Below the pieces are notes generated by a model that worked only from the letters and a program-made list of their open reading frames with translations, had not been told where the DNA came from and did not search any database. A program made the position numbers and the translations under genes. This document shows, one piece after another, positions 36,171 through 47,568 of a DNA stretch of 64,000 nt; the stretch's first letter is position 1, and the number at the start of each line of letters is the position of its first letter. The stretch spans positions 453,129-517,128 of the forward strand of contig CAWGFM010000005.1 in NCBI GenBank assembly GCA_963821935.1, written 5' to 3'. The DNA comes from an uncultured Actinomycetes bacterium. GTDB lineage: Bacteria; Actinomycetota; UBA4738; HRBIN12.

Positions 36171-37790
36171 GTGGCTCGCATCGCGCTCGGCCAGCTGAAC
36201 CTCACCGTCGGAGACCTCGCCGGCAACGTTGCGCGCATGGCTGAGGCCACGGAACGCGCCACCGAAGCCGGAGCCGATCTGATCGCGTTCCCCGAACTGG
36301 CGATCACCGGCTATCCACCCGAGGATCTCGTCCTGCGCGGCGAGTTCGTCAGCGAGAACCTGGACGCTCTGCAGGAGCTCGCCAACCGTACCGCGAGCGG
36401 CTGCGACGTCGTGACCGGCTTCGTCGATCGGACCGACGAAGGGATCCACAACGCTGCCGCCCTCCTTCGAGGAGGGGGCGTCGCGGCTCGCTATCACAAG
36501 ATGCAGCTCCCCAACTTCGGGGTGTTCGACGAGCGGCGCTACTTCACAGCCGGCACCGACGGCACCACCGTGGAGATCGGCGGAGAACGGGTCGGTCTCT
36601 CGGTGTGCGAAGACGCCTGGCACGATGGGTTGCCGTTCGCGAGGTACGCCGGACTCGGGATCATCGTGAACATCAACGGATCGCCGTATCACCGAGGCAA
36701 GACGGGCGAACGCGCCGACATCCTGGCTGCGCGTGCCCGGCAGACGGGCGCGTGGATCGTGTACGTGAACATGGTCGGCGGTCAGGACGAGCTGGTCTTC
36801 GACGGCGGGTCCATGGTGGTCTCACCCGACGGCGGGGTGCGGCATCGGGCCGCCATGTTCGACGAGGATGTGCTGCTGGTCGATCTGCACGGCAGCGCAT
36901 CGTTCGCCGATGACCGGCCGGCCTGGCCCACCGACGCCGCCGAGACCTACGGCGCGTTGCGACTGGGATTGCGCGACTACGTGCGCAAGAACGGGTTCAG
37001 CGATGTGGTGCTGGGACTGAGTGGAGGCATCGACTCAGCCCTGACGGCTACGCTGGCCGTGGACGCCCTCGGGCAGGATGCGGTCCGCGTGGTGGCGATG
37101 CCCTCGCCGTACTCATCGCCCGAGAGCGTGGAGGACGCGGTCGATTGCGCCGAACGGCTGGGCATCCGCCTCGACACGGTGCCGATCGAGAAGGTGTTCG
37201 ACGCATACCGATACGCCCTCGCCGAGCTCTTCGTCGGGCGTTCCGATGATGTCACCGAGGAGAACCTGCAGGCGAGGGTCCGCGGGAACCTGCTGATGGC
37301 GCTCTCCAACAAGTTCGGCTCGATCGTGCTCGCTCCCGGCAACAAGTCCGAGTACGCGGTGGGCTACTCGACGCTCTACGGCGACATGGCGGGGGGGTTC
37401 GCGCCGATCAAGGACGTGCCGAAGACGCTCGTCTACGAGCTGGCCGCCTGGCGCAACGGGAAGGCCGTCGCGGACGGCGACGCCCAGCCCATCCCCGAAC
37501 GCACGATGACGAAGCCCCCGAGCGCCGAGCTCCGGCCCGACCAGCAGGACACCGACTCGCTGCCCCCGTACGACGTACTCGACCCCGTGATCGAGGCGTA
37601 CGTGGAGGACGACCTGGGCATCGACGACATGGTGGCTCGCGGGATCGAACGCGCCCTCGCCGAACGCATCGTGGCCATGATCGACCGCAACGAATACAAG
37701 CGCCGCCAGGCGGCCCCCGGCGTGAAGATCACGCCCAAAGCTTTCGGGCGCGACCGGCGCATGCCCATCACGAATCATTACCCGGGCTGA
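36171..37790 (+). CDS. nadE: Glutamine-dependent NAD+ synthetase (N-terminal CN-hydrolase + C-terminal NAD synthetase)
   Basis: Nitrilase-type domain (FPELAITGY). PP-loop SGGIDS. Confidence 0.9.
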   Translation: MARIALGQLNLTVGDLAGNVARMAEATERATEAGADLIAFPELAITGYPPEDLVLRGEFVSENLDALQELANRTASGCDVVTGFVDRTDEGIHNAAALLRGGGVAARYHKMQLPNFGVFDERRYFTAGTDGTTVEIGGERVGLSVCEDAWHDGLPFARYAGLGIIVNINGSPYHRGKTGERADILAARARQTGAWIVYVNMVGGQDELVFDGGSMVVSPDGGVRHRAAMFDEDVLLVDLHGSASFADDRPAWPTDAAETYGALRLGLRDYVRKNGFSDVVLGLSGGIDSALTATLAVDALGQDAVRVVAMPSPYSSPESVEDAVDCAERLGIRLDTVPIEKVFDAYRYALAELFVGRSDDVTEENLQARVRGNLLMALSNKFGSIVLAPGNKSEYAVGYSTLYGDMAGGFAPIKDVPKTLVYELAAWRNGKAVADGDAQPIPERTMTKPPSAELRPDQQDTDSLPPYDVLDPVIEAYVEDDLGIDDMVARGIERALAERIVAMIDRNEYKRRQAAPGVKITPKAFGRDRRMPITNHYPG

Positions 37791-37818
37791 GGTGTCTGAC
37801 ACAATCCCGGGGCCGATC

Positions 37819-37893
37819 GGGCCCGTAGCTCAGCCAGGTTAGAGCAGGGGGCTTTTAACCCTCGTGTCGCAGGTTCGAATCCTGCCGGGCCCA
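37819..37893 (+). tRNA. tRNA-Lys (anticodon UUU)
   Basis: Cloverleaf folded by hand: acceptor GGGCCCG/CGGGCCC, D-arm GCTC..GAGC, anticodon stem GGGGG/CCCTC with loop CTTTTAA, T-loop TTCGAAT, discriminator A. Confidence 0.9.
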
Positions 37894-37941
37894 CCGACCC
37901 GATCCGAGCTGGTCGGAAGGACAGGACGATACATTGGCTGC

Positions 37942-39561
37942 ATGCCGAGGCAGTCCCACTCCGAAGACGTCATCGGCGATCCGTGGTGGCGTGGCGGGGT
38001 GCTCTATCAGATCTATCCGCGCTCATTCGCCGACGCGAGCGGCGACGGGATCGGTGACCTTCAAGGCGTGGTCGACCATCTGGACCATCTGTCGTGGCTC
38101 GGGGTCGACGGGATCTGGCTGAATCCGATTACCCCGTCACCGAACGCGGATTGGGGTTACGACGTCGCCGAATACACCGGGGTGGCTCCCGAATTCGGGG
38201 ACCTCGAGACCCTCGATCGCCTCGTGGATGAGGCCGGGGTCCGTGGGATCAAGGTGCTCCTGGACCTGGTCCCCAACCACACGAGCGACCGGCATCCGTG
38301 GTTCGTCGACAGCCGCTCGGACCGTTCGTCCGTTCATCGTGACTGGTACGTGTGGGCCGACGCCCAGCCGGGAGGAGGCCCGCCGAACAACTGGCGTTCG
38401 ATCTTCGGCGGCTCTGCATGGACCCTGGACGATCGCACCGGCCAGTACTACCTCCACAACTTCCTGCCCGAGCAACCCGACCTGAACTGGTGGCACCGGG
38501 ACGTGCGCGACGCGTTCGACTCGATCCTTCGATTCTGGCTCGATCGCGGGGTCGCAGGGTTCCGCATCGACGTGGCCCACGGCCTGGTCAAGGATGCCGA
38601 GCTCAGGGACAACCCTCCCGTCACCGACGATGACCCCCTCGAGATCCGCAACCAGGGGCCATTCCGGCCCGTGTACAACATGAACCGGCCGGAGGTGCAC
38701 GACGTTTTTCGCCGCTGGCGATCCCTCGCGAACCAGTACGACCCCCCGGGCGTGCTGATCGGCGAAACGTGGGTCCACGACCTCGATTCGCTCATGCGCT
38801 TCTACGGGAGCGATGACGAGTTGCAGCTGACGTTGAACGTCGCCTTCCTGTTCGCCGAGTTGGGGCCGGATATCCGAACGGTCGTGGAGACCGCCGAGGC
38901 GGCGCTCCCCGCGGGGGCCTGGCCGATGTGGAACGGGTCGAACCACGACGCGGGTCGGTTCCCCACCAGGTGGTGCGACGGTGACGAACGGCGCATCCGT
39001 GCGGCGCTCATGATGCTCCTGACGTTGCGTGGCACGCCCCTCCTGTACTTCGGAGACGAGGTCGGGATGGTGCAGATCGCCGTGCCCCTCGACCGATGGC
39101 GGGACCCGGTGGGACTGCGAGGTGAGCGCGGAGAACGGGGGCGGGACGGCGCACGGACGCCGATGCCGTGGACCGGCGGTCCGAACGGGGCATTCTCGCC
39201 TCCCGGCGTCGAGCCTTGGTTGCCGATCGGTGATCCAGGCGAGCTCAACGTCGAGTACCAGCGCGCAGACTCCGGATCGATCCTCCATCTGTGCCGCGAT
39301 CTGATCGCGCTGCGACGGGGGCGCGACGACCTGCGATCCGGAGGCTACGCCGCCGTCGACGTGTCCGGAGACGCCTGGGTGTTCGGACGGGGAGCCGAGA
39401 CGATCGTCGCACTCAACCTTTCGGAGGAAACCACGGTCGTGACGCTCGACCCAGGCCGGATCCTAGTCGGCACGGATCGCGGCCGCGATGGTGCATCCGT
39501 CGGATCGGACACCGCACTCGGAGCGTGGGAGGCCGTCGTCATGGAGCGAACCGGTTCCTGA
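37942..39561 (+). CDS. GH13 alpha-amylase-family glycoside hydrolase (alpha-glucosidase/oligo-1,6-glucosidase/trehalose-synthase-like)
   Basis: GH13 regions (DLVPNHTS, GFRIDVAHG, and a GETW-like block). Start trimmed to ATG 37942 so it does not overlap the tRNA. Confidence 0.8.
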   Translation: MPRQSHSEDVIGDPWWRGGVLYQIYPRSFADASGDGIGDLQGVVDHLDHLSWLGVDGIWLNPITPSPNADWGYDVAEYTGVAPEFGDLETLDRLVDEAGVRGIKVLLDLVPNHTSDRHPWFVDSRSDRSSVHRDWYVWADAQPGGGPPNNWRSIFGGSAWTLDDRTGQYYLHNFLPEQPDLNWWHRDVRDAFDSILRFWLDRGVAGFRIDVAHGLVKDAELRDNPPVTDDDPLEIRNQGPFRPVYNMNRPEVHDVFRRWRSLANQYDPPGVLIGETWVHDLDSLMRFYGSDDELQLTLNVAFLFAELGPDIRTVVETAEAALPAGAWPMWNGSNHDAGRFPTRWCDGDERRIRAALMMLLTLRGTPLLYFGDEVGMVQIAVPLDRWRDPVGLRGERGERGRDGARTPMPWTGGPNGAFSPPGVEPWLPIGDPGELNVEYQRADSGSILHLCRDLIALRRGRDDLRSGGYAAVDVSGDAWVFGRGAETIVALNLSEETTVVTLDPGRILVGTDRGRDGASVGSDTALGAWEAVVMERTGS

Positions 39562-39583
39562 GGCACCCGATCTCGCCGCCACC

Positions 39584-40159
39584 GTGAGCGGGACCCTCCT
39601 CGGACACCCCGCGGTGCACTCGGTCACGCTCGTGGGCTCGCGCGCTCGCGGTGATCCGTCCCCGCTCTCGGACTGGGACTTCTTGATCGCCACCGACGAC
39701 GCCCCTGCCGTGATCTCGGCGCTGCCGGCCCTCGTGATACCGCTCGATCCGATCGCTCAGCAGTGGGACCGGCTCGGCCCGACGACCTACCGGTGTTACA
39801 TGCTGATGCTGCGAGGTCCCATGAAGATCGACTTGATCCTTCCCGATGTGCCACACCGGCCCGCGCCCCGCTGGATCGCCACAGCCGAGGACCTCGAGGC
39901 GATCGACCACCACTTCTGGGACTGGATCCTGTGGATGGCGGCCAAGGAGCAGGGAGGCAAGCACGAGGTGGTCCATGAGCAGCTCGCCCTGATGAGCGAC
40001 CATCTGTTGCGTCCCATCGGCGTCGACGACGTTCCTCCGACGATCGCGCACGCGGTCGACGACTACATCGCGGCGCGGGATCGGCTGGCAGAGCGATACG
40101 GTGTTCGCGTGTCGCACCGGATCCAAGATGAGGTCAGGCCTGTCCTGCCCCGGACATGA
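39584..40159 (+). CDS. Nucleotidyltransferase-domain protein (minimal NTase, GS-x9-DxD)
   Basis: LVGSRARGDPSPLSDWDFLI. Start uncertain. Confidence 0.55.
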   Translation: MSGTLLGHPAVHSVTLVGSRARGDPSPLSDWDFLIATDDAPAVISALPALVIPLDPIAQQWDRLGPTTYRCYMLMLRGPMKIDLILPDVPHRPAPRWIATAEDLEAIDHHFWDWILWMAAKEQGGKHEVVHEQLALMSDHLLRPIGVDDVPPTIAHAVDDYIAARDRLAERYGVRVSHRIQDEVRPVLPRT

Positions 40160-40222
40160 TCGACTCGACCGCGGGACCGTTCCTAGAGTTGAATGTGGAG
40201 ATGCATCGCTGAGGAGGGGCCC

Positions 40223-41443
40223 GTGGCTGAGATCGTGATGGATGAAGTCTCCAAGGTGTTCGCCGATGGGACGAGGGCCGTTTCCGACCTCGAGCTGGAG
40301 ATCGACGACGGCGAGTTCATCGTCCTGGTGGGGCCATCCGGCTGCGGCAAGACGACGGCGCTGCGCATGGTCGCGGGCCTGGAAGCCATCAGCCAGGGCA
40401 CGATCCGGATCGGCGATCGCGTCGTGAACGACGTGCCCCCGAAGGAGCGGGACATCGCGATGGTCTTCCAGAACTACGCCTTGTATCCGCACATGTCGGT
40501 GTACGACAACATGGCGTTCGGCTTGAAGCTGCGGAAGCTGTCCAAGCAGGAGATCGACCGACGGGTCCGACGCGCCGCCGACATCCTCGGGCTCGACGAG
40601 CTCCTCGAGCGCAAGCCGAAGGCCCTGTCGGGTGGACAGCGGCAGCGTGTCGCGATGGGCAGGGCAATCGTTCGGGAGCCGAAGGCGTTCCTGATGGACG
40701 AGCCGCTGTCGAACCTCGACGCGAAGCTACGCGTGCAGATGCGCACGGAGATCGCGCGGATTCAACACGATCTGGCGGTCACGACGATCTACGTCACGCA
40801 CGATCAGGTCGAGGCGATGACGATGGGTGATCGGGTGGCCGTGATCCGCAAGGGGGTATTGCAGCAGGTCGACACCCCACAGTTCCTGTACGACCACCCC
40901 AAGAACCTGTTCGTCGCCGGGTTCATCGGCTCTCCAGCGATGAACATGGTGGAGGCCACCTTCACGCGGTCGAACGGGTCCGCGTTCGTCGAGTTCGGCG
41001 GCACCCACCTCGCGGTCCCACGCGAGGTCCTCGACGAACGACCGGACCTCGGGGAGTTCGATGGAAGGCAGGTGATCGTGGGGCTGCGGCCCGAAGACAT
41101 CGAGGACGCTTCCATCGCTACGGACGCGGGACCGGATCGAACGATCCGATCCGAGGTGGCGCTCAGCGAGGCCCTCGGAGCCGATGTCCTCGTGCATTTC
41201 TTCGTGCAGGCGCCCACCGTGATGACCGACGACGTGAGAGAGCTCGCTCATGATGTCGGTCAGGAGGCGTTGGACGCCGTCGAGCTCGGGGCCCGATCGG
41301 GGCAGTCGAAGTTCGTCGCACGTCTGAACCCGCGTACCAACGCCGCCAAGGGCCAGCCGATCGAACTCGTGGTCGATGCCCGCCGCCTCCATTTCTTCGA
41401 TCCCGACTCCGGGATGGCGGTCTACGGGGGCGAGCGGAGCTGA
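40223..41443 (+). CDS. Sugar ABC transporter ATP-binding protein (MsiK/MalK/UgpC family)
   Basis: Walker [10 protein letters not shown], signature LSGGQRQR, Walker [12 protein letters not shown], plus a C-terminal TOBE regulatory domain. Confidence 0.9.
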   Translation: MAEIVMDEVSKVFADGTRAVSDLELEIDDGEFIVLVGPSGCGKTTALRMVAGLEAISQGTIRIGDRVVNDVPPKERDIAMVFQNYALYPHMSVYDNMAFGLKLRKLSKQEIDRRVRRAADILGLDELLERKPKALSGGQRQRVAMGRAIVREPKAFLMDEPLSNLDAKLRVQMRTEIARIQHDLAVTTIYVTHDQVEAMTMGDRVAVIRKGVLQQVDTPQFLYDHPKNLFVAGFIGSPAMNMVEATFTRSNGSAFVEFGGTHLAVPREVLDERPDLGEFDGRQVIVGLRPEDIEDASIATDAGPDRTIRSEVALSEALGADVLVHFFVQAPTVMTDDVRELAHDVGQEALDAVELGARSGQSKFVARLNPRTNAAKGQPIELVVDARRLHFFDPDSGMAVYGGERS

Positions 41444-41484
41444 GTGCCACGGGGGGAGCCGGGTCCTCATTCCCCAGCGGGTTC

Positions 41485-42822
41485 TTGTGGGGCACCGCGA
41501 CGTCGGCTTACCAGGTCGAAGGTGCGGTCAACGAGGACGGGCGAGGCCCGTCGATCTGGGACACGTTCTGTCGGAGGCCGGGCGCGATCCGCGATGGGAG
41601 CACCGGCGATGTCGCGTGCGACCAGTACCACCGGTTCCAGAACGACATCGCGTTGATGAGCGAGCTCGGCATCGGCGCGTACCGATTCTCCGTGTCATGG
41701 CCGCGGGTCCAACCCCAGGGGCGCGGCCCGGCCGAGCAACGGGGGCTCGACCACTACCGGAAGCTGGTCGACGCCCTCCTTTCCCACGGCATCACCCCGG
41801 TTCCCACGCTCTTCCATTGGGACCTTCCGCAAGCCCTGGAGGACGCGGGAGGGTGGCCGGCCCGGCGCACCGCCGACCGGTTCGCCGACTACGCGGCGAT
41901 CGTCGGCGAGGCGCTGGGCGACGTGATGCCGATGTGGCTCACGATCAATGAACCGATGGTGGCCGCCTGGCTCGGCTACGCGCACGGGGTCCACGCGCCG
42001 GGACGCCGAGACGAACGTGCAGCACTCGCGGCCACCCATCACCTGCTCCTGGCCCATGGCCGAGCGGTCGAGGCGCTTCGGTCCGTGGCGACGGGACCGA
42101 TCGGGCTCGCGCTGAACCTCTACCCGTGCCGGCCGGCCAGCGACTCGCCCGAAGATGAGCGGGCCGCCGATCTGGCCGACCAGCAGCTCAACCGCCTCTA
42201 CCTCGATCCGATCTTCGGCCGGGGCTATCCGCCCGGACCCCTCCAGGGAGCCGAGCTCCTGTTCCTCCGCGACGGCGACCTGGATGAGATCGCGCGACCG
42301 GTCGACTTCCTGGGCGTGAACTACTACTCGGTCCACACGATCACCGGAAGCCCCCCAACGAGATCACGTCCGAGCGAGCTGCCCGATTCACTCGACGCCT
42401 GGGTCGTGACGCCTCCCGGGACCGACGTCACGATGCTCGGATGGCCGATCGAGCCCGACGGTCTCACCGAGATGCTCGTGCGGGTCCACCGAGAGTACGG
42501 ACCCGAGCGGCTCTACGTCACGGAGAACGGCGCCGCGTTCCACGATCCGCCGCCGGTCGACGGAACCATCCACGACGATGCTCGGATCGCGTACATCGAT
42601 GCGCACGTCGAGGCGATGCGGGCGGCGATCGATGCCGACGTTCCACTGGCCGGGTATCTGGTCTGGTCGTTGCTGGACAACTTCGAGTGGGCGGAAGGCT
42701 ATGAAACTCGCTTCGGCCTCGTCCACGTGGACTTCCAGACGCAAAAGCGAACGTGCAAGGACAGCGCTCGATGGTACGGCGACCTGATCCGCGCGAACGG
42801 CGCTCGCGTCCCCGCCGGCTGA
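41485..42822 (+). CDS. GH1 beta-glucosidase
   Basis: TATSAYQVEG, TINEP (acid/base Glu) and YVTENG (nucleophile Glu). The conserved FPSGFLWG lies upstream of the first canonical start (TTG 41485), so the true start may be CTG 41440. Confidence 0.8.
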   Translation: MWGTATSAYQVEGAVNEDGRGPSIWDTFCRRPGAIRDGSTGDVACDQYHRFQNDIALMSELGIGAYRFSVSWPRVQPQGRGPAEQRGLDHYRKLVDALLSHGITPVPTLFHWDLPQALEDAGGWPARRTADRFADYAAIVGEALGDVMPMWLTINEPMVAAWLGYAHGVHAPGRRDERAALAATHHLLLAHGRAVEALRSVATGPIGLALNLYPCRPASDSPEDERAADLADQQLNRLYLDPIFGRGYPPGPLQGAELLFLRDGDLDEIARPVDFLGVNYYSVHTITGSPPTRSRPSELPDSLDAWVVTPPGTDVTMLGWPIEPDGLTEMLVRVHREYGPERLYVTENGAAFHDPPPVDGTIHDDARIAYIDAHVEAMRAAIDADVPLAGYLVWSLLDNFEWAEGYETRFGLVHVDFQTQKRTCKDSARWYGDLIRANGARVPAG

Positions 42823-42913
42823 TCCGGCCACTCCCACCTGCCTTGACAGGCTCCCGAGGGTCTGACTAGGTTCGCTCCGAAAACGTTTCCGGAATCCCGG
42901 AGGAGGGCGCGCC

Positions 42914-43960
42914 ATCGCGACGATCCGAGACCTCGCCGAGCAGCTCGGGGTGTCCGTCGCCACGGTCTCTCGGGTCCTGAACGACTACCCCGACGTCGCT
43001 CCGCACACGAGGGCTCGCGTCCTCGCGGGCATCCGCGAGCACGACTTCGCGCCGGCTCGTGCCGCGAGAACCTTGGTGACCGGTCGCACCGAGCTGATCG
43101 GCGTGATCCTGGAGACGGGAGTGGGGCACCCCGACCTGCAGCACCCGTTCTTCCAGGAGGTGCTCGTCGGCCTCAAGCACACGGTCGGCGACGTCGGCTA
43201 CGACCTGCTGCTCTTCAGTGTCGAGTCCGCGCACAACGGGGGCGGCGCCCACCGATACCTCGCCCGGGCGCGACAGCACCGTGTCGACGGCATGATCGTG
43301 ATGGGAGCCGACCGGCACGACCCGCAGGTAGTGGAGCTGGCCGCCTCCGGGATCCCGACGATCGCTGTCGATCTCGACCTCGAGGGCAGCCGGTGTGGGT
43401 GCGTGACCTCCGACAACGCACACGGTGCGGCGCTCGCCGTGTGTCACCTCGCGGAGCTCGGGCACCGGCGGATCGCCATGATCGGCGGACCGGAGGAGAC
43501 CAAGGCCGGGTTCGATCGCACGAGCGGATACCGACTCGGGCTCGAGCGCGCCGGCCTCGAACGCCGGGCCGAGTACGAGCGGGTGGGGGACTTCTACCCC
43601 GAGAGCGCCCGGACCCAGATGGCGGAGCTGCTCGACCTGCCCGAGCCGCCCACCGCGGTCTTCGCGGCGGCCGACCTCATGGCCGTCGGTGCGATCCAGG
43701 CGCTCTGGGACCGCGGCTTGAGCTGTCCCGACGATCTTTCGGTGGTCGGGTTCGACGACGTCCAGATCGCGCGGCTGCTCCGTCCGACGATCAGCACCAT
43801 CCGGCAGGACAAGACCGCGCTGGGCGCGACGGCGGGCGACGCACTCGTTCGGATGATCGTCGATCCGGAGTTCGCGCCACTGACGGAGATCGTGCCCGTC
43901 GATCTGGTGGTGAGGGAGTCATCAGGTCGATGCGATGTCGTTGCAGGGCCGCAGTCATGA
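42914..43960 (+). CDS. LacI-family transcriptional regulator
   Basis: [25 protein letters not shown] plus a periplasmic-binding-like sugar domain. No canonical start covers the HTH. RBS GGAGGAG sits 9 nt before an in-frame ATC at 42914; the first canonical start is GTG 42950, inside the HTH. Confidence 0.7.
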   Translation: MATIRDLAEQLGVSVATVSRVLNDYPDVAPHTRARVLAGIREHDFAPARAARTLVTGRTELIGVILETGVGHPDLQHPFFQEVLVGLKHTVGDVGYDLLLFSVESAHNGGGAHRYLARARQHRVDGMIVMGADRHDPQVVELAASGIPTIAVDLDLEGSRCGCVTSDNAHGAALAVCHLAELGHRRIAMIGGPEETKAGFDRTSGYRLGLERAGLERRAEYERVGDFYPESARTQMAELLDLPEPPTAVFAAADLMAVGAIQALWDRGLSCPDDLSVVGFDDVQIARLLRPTISTIRQDKTALGATAGDALVRMIVDPEFAPLTEIVPVDLVVRESSGRCDVVAGPQS

Positions 43961-44053
43961 AGGCCGTCGGCGAGGGAGGGAGGAGCTTGTTGAGTTGACC
44001 GGAACCGGAACCTGTGGAAGGAATAGAGGATCGGAAGAGAGGGAGGGACGAAG

Positions 44054-45382
44054 ATGAGTCGACTCCGGATGATCGTGCCTGTCATCGTGTTCGTCATGGT
44101 CGCGGCGGCCTGCGCCGGGGAAGATGAGCCCGACTCGACCGAGACCGACGCGCCCAGCGCGAGCGGTCAATTGGAGGACACGGGCAACGTGAACCTCCTC
44201 AGTGCGGGTGAACCGGAAGAGGTAGCGGCGTATCAAGAGATCTTCGACGAGCTGATCAACGCGGATGCTGACTACAACGCCGAAGTCGAGTCTTCGGGCA
44301 ACTTCGAGGAGCAGTTCCAGATCCGGGCCGAAGGCGGGACCCTCGACCTGGCGGCGGTGCCCCAGCCCGGCGCCATCCCCGCGCTGGTCGACGCCGGCTC
44401 TCTGACCTCGCTCGAGGACATGGGATTCGACATCGCCGAGCTGAACTCGCTGCTCGGTGAGTCGTTCGTGGAGCTCGGTGAGTACCAAGGCGAGCACTAC
44501 GGCCTGCCCACGAACATCAACCTGAAGAGCATGGTCTGGTATCCGAAGGACGACTTCGACAAGGCCGGGTACGAGGTCCCCACCACGTGGGACGAGATGA
44601 TCGCGCTCAGCGACCAGATCGTGGCGGACGGGGGCACGCCATGGTGTGTCGGCTTCAAGAGCGAAGGTTCCACGGGTTGGCCGGCCACTGACTGGATGGA
44701 AGACATCATGCTCAGGACGGCCGGCCCTGACGTATATGACCAGTGGTATGCGCATGAGATCCCCTTCAATGACCCGGCAGTGCTGAACGCCGCCCAGACG
44801 TTCGGCGACGTGTTGTTCAAGGAGGGGTACGTGCTGGGTGGGGCCGACGCGACCTCGGATATCGAATTCGGTGACGCGCCGCTGCCGATGTTCGAGAACC
44901 CGCCGAAGTGCTGGCTACACCGCCAGGCGAGCTTCATCAACGCCTTCTTCCCCGAGAACACGGTCGCCGGCGAGGACTACGACTGGTTCCCGCTCCCGCC
45001 GATCGATCAGGAGGGGACCCTCTACGCGGGTGAGCTGACGGTGGTGGGCACGAACGGGAACCGGCCCGAGGTCAAGGACTTCCTCGACCAGTTCGTCGAC
45101 CAGGAGGTCCAATGCGCGATGGGCGGCGTCCAGCTGTCGTCCCGGATCTCGCCGAACGTCAACGTCGGACCAGACTGCTACGTGAACGACATCCTCGCCG
45201 ACGCATCGGTGATCCTCACCGAGTCGCTCACGTCGGGGACGGGGCGATTCGACGCCTCGGACCTGATGCCGGCGGAGGTCGGAAGCGGCTCGTTCTGGAA
45301 CGGCATGGTGCAATACACGGAGGAGGGGCCGGACAGCGCACAGGACGTCCTCGACGAGATCGAGTCCAGCTGGCCAGCCTGA
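44054..45382 (+). CDS. Sugar ABC transporter substrate-binding lipoprotein
   Basis: Signal peptide plus lipobox (VAAACAG). SBP family 1 sugar-binding fold. Confidence 0.8.
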   Translation: MSRLRMIVPVIVFVMVAAACAGEDEPDSTETDAPSASGQLEDTGNVNLLSAGEPEEVAAYQEIFDELINADADYNAEVESSGNFEEQFQIRAEGGTLDLAAVPQPGAIPALVDAGSLTSLEDMGFDIAELNSLLGESFVELGEYQGEHYGLPTNINLKSMVWYPKDDFDKAGYEVPTTWDEMIALSDQIVADGGTPWCVGFKSEGSTGWPATDWMEDIMLRTAGPDVYDQWYAHEIPFNDPAVLNAAQTFGDVLFKEGYVLGGADATSDIEFGDAPLPMFENPPKCWLHRQASFINAFFPENTVAGEDYDWFPLPPIDQEGTLYAGELTVVGTNGNRPEVKDFLDQFVDQEVQCAMGGVQLSSRISPNVNVGPDCYVNDILADASVILTESLTSGTGRFDASDLMPAEVGSGSFWNGMVQYTEEGPDSAQDVLDEIESSWPA

Positions 45383-45475
45383 GAGCCGGCGACTACGCTC
45401 GGATGACATGTCGGAAGGGGCGGCCGTCAGGCGGCCGCTCCTTCGCCTCGACGACGACCGGAGGGTGTCGATCGC

Positions 45476-46621
45476 GTGAGTGATCCGGCCGCGGGCCCAA
45501 CTGCTGGCGCCCCTGCCCTCCCGCCGGCCTCGGTGCCCCACGTCATCGGGAGCTGGGTGCTGCGGGTCGCCGCAGCGCTCGCGATCCCGGTCGTCGCGTT
45601 CTTCCTCCTGTCCGCCACGTTCCAGTTCCTCCGCGACGAGGACGCGAACCGCGGCCTCGTTGTCCTCGTCGCGATCCTCGTCGGGGTCGTGGGAGTCTTC
45701 GCGCTGTACTGGGCGACGAACAAAGTCGCGGATCTACTTCCCGGTCGGTTCCGCGAGGGCGTGCGTCCGTGGATCTTCGTAGGGCCCGCCCTGGTCATCC
45801 TGAGCGTCTTCCTCGTGTACCCCCTGATCAACACCGTCATGCTCAGCCTGCAGGACGCCCAAGGCCAAGAGTTCGTGGGGCTCGACAACTTCAGTTTCGT
45901 CTTCTCCGACGAGCACATGCTGCGGTCCCTCCGCAACACGGCGGGGTGGGTCATCCTCGTACCGCTGTTCGCGGTGAGCATCGGTCTCTCGTTCGCGACG
46001 CTGGCCGATCGGCTCCGTCGGGGTGAGGGTGTCGCGAAGTCGATGATCTTCCTGCCGATGGCGATCTCGTTCGTCGGCGCGGCCGTCACCTGGCGACTCA
46101 TCTACAGCTTCCGGCCGGAGGGGTTCGGCACGAACATCGGGCTCTTGAATGGCATCATGCAGGGGCTCGGTCAGGAACCCGTGTCCTGGCTCGGCCTGCA
46201 GCCGTGGAACAACCTCTTCCTGATGGTGATCATGGTGTGGATCCAGACGGGGTTCGCGATGGTGGTCTTGTCCGCCGCCATCAAGTCGATCCCCGACGAG
46301 ATCGTGGAGGCGGCGCGCATCGACGGGGCCTCCGAGTGGCAGGTGTTCCGGCGGATCCTCGTGCCCAGCATCTGGCCCACGATCGTCGTCGTGACGACGT
46401 ACATGGTCATCAACTCGCTGAAGATCTTCGACATCGTCTTCGTGATGGGCAACGCCGAGAACGACGGCACGGAGGTCATCGCGCAGCAGATGATCCGGTG
46501 GTTCTTCCTCCTCAACAACAACGGCCATGCGGCGGCCATCGCCGTCGTGCTGTTCATCGCCATCATCCCCGTCATGGTGTGGAACATCCGACGCTTCCGC
46601 GAAGAGGAGGCGCTCCGATGA
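45476..46621 (+). CDS. Sugar ABC transporter permease (MalF/UgpA-like)
   Basis: Six TM segments. EAA-loop region (IDGASEWQVFRRILVP). Confidence 0.8.
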   Translation: MSDPAAGPTAGAPALPPASVPHVIGSWVLRVAAALAIPVVAFFLLSATFQFLRDEDANRGLVVLVAILVGVVGVFALYWATNKVADLLPGRFREGVRPWIFVGPALVILSVFLVYPLINTVMLSLQDAQGQEFVGLDNFSFVFSDEHMLRSLRNTAGWVILVPLFAVSIGLSFATLADRLRRGEGVAKSMIFLPMAISFVGAAVTWRLIYSFRPEGFGTNIGLLNGIMQGLGQEPVSWLGLQPWNNLFLMVIMVWIQTGFAMVVLSAAIKSIPDEIVEAARIDGASEWQVFRRILVPSIWPTIVVVTTYMVINSLKIFDIVFVMGNAENDGTEVIAQQMIRWFFLLNNNGHAAAIAVVLFIAIIPVMVWNIRRFREEEALR

Positions 46622-47565
46622 GCTCGTCGGAGGTCACGGGGTCCTCGCCGGCCGTGCGACCGGCGGGAGGAGCCACCGTGAAGGAGGGGCGCCGCGGGAG
46701 CTGGTTCGTCCGCATCACGGTGCTCGTCATCGTCCTCCTGTGGCTGATCCCTACCGTCGGCGTGCTCATCACCTCGTTCCGACCCGAGGACCTCGTGGAA
46801 TCCACGGGCTGGTGGACGGTGCTCGCGCACCCGTTCCAGGACGCGGCGTGGACCCTGGAGAACTACCGGACGGCGCTTTCGGCGGAAGGGTTCGGGAACG
46901 CCTTCCTCAACAGCCTGGCGGTGACGATCCCCGCCACGGTGATCCCCATCACCATCGCGGCGTTCGCCGCCTACGCCTTCTGCTGGATGGAGTTCAGGGG
47001 ACGGTACGTGCTCTTCGTGGTCGTGGTGGGACTCCTGGTCGTGCCGTTGCAGATGTCACTGATCCCGATCCTGCGTCTCTACGTCGAAGGGGCCGAGCTG
47101 GGCCCGTTCCAACTCTTCCCGGATCTCGATCTGAACGGCACGTTCCTGGGGATCTGGCTCGCCCACGCCGGGTTCGGCCTCCCGTTGGCGATCTACCTGC
47201 TTGCGAACTACATGCGATCACTGCCGTCGTCGATCATCGAGTCGGCGAAGATCGATGGAGCCGACCACTTCACGATCTTCCGGCGGCTCGTGGTCCCGCT
47301 GTCGGTTCCCGCGCTGGCAGCCTTCGCGATCTTCCAGTTCCTGTGGGTCTGGAACGACCTCCTGGTCGCGTACGTGCTCCTTGGTGGAACGCGGGAGACC
47401 AGGGTCCTGACGATCGCGCTCCAGAACCTCGTGGGGTCCCGCGGCGAGAGCTGGCACCTGCTGACCTCGGCCGCGTTCATCACGATGCTGCTGCCGCTCG
47501 TGGTGTTCTTCTCGCTCCAGAAGTACTTCGTGCGGGGGCTCACCGCCGGCTCGGTGAAGGGCTGA
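46618..47565 (+). CDS. Sugar ABC transporter permease (MalG/UgpE-like)
   Basis: ATGA overlap with the upstream permease. EAA loop (IDGADHFTIFRRLVVP). Confidence 0.8.
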   Translation: MSSSEVTGSSPAVRPAGGATVKEGRRGSWFVRITVLVIVLLWLIPTVGVLITSFRPEDLVESTGWWTVLAHPFQDAAWTLENYRTALSAEGFGNAFLNSLAVTIPATVIPITIAAFAAYAFCWMEFRGRYVLFVVVVGLLVVPLQMSLIPILRLYVEGAELGPFQLFPDLDLNGTFLGIWLAHAGFGLPLAIYLLANYMRSLPSSIIESAKIDGADHFTIFRRLVVPLSVPALAAFAIFQFLWVWNDLLVAYVLLGGTRETRVLTIALQNLVGSRGESWHLLTSAAFITMLLPLVVFFSLQKYFVRGLTAGSVKG

Positions 47566-47568
47566 TCG

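Noticed and set aside
37864-39561. GH13 ORF starting inside tRNA-Lys
   Set aside because: The in-frame ATG at 37942 gives a normal GH13 N-terminus (MPRQSHSEDVIGDPWWRG) and avoids overlapping the tRNA.
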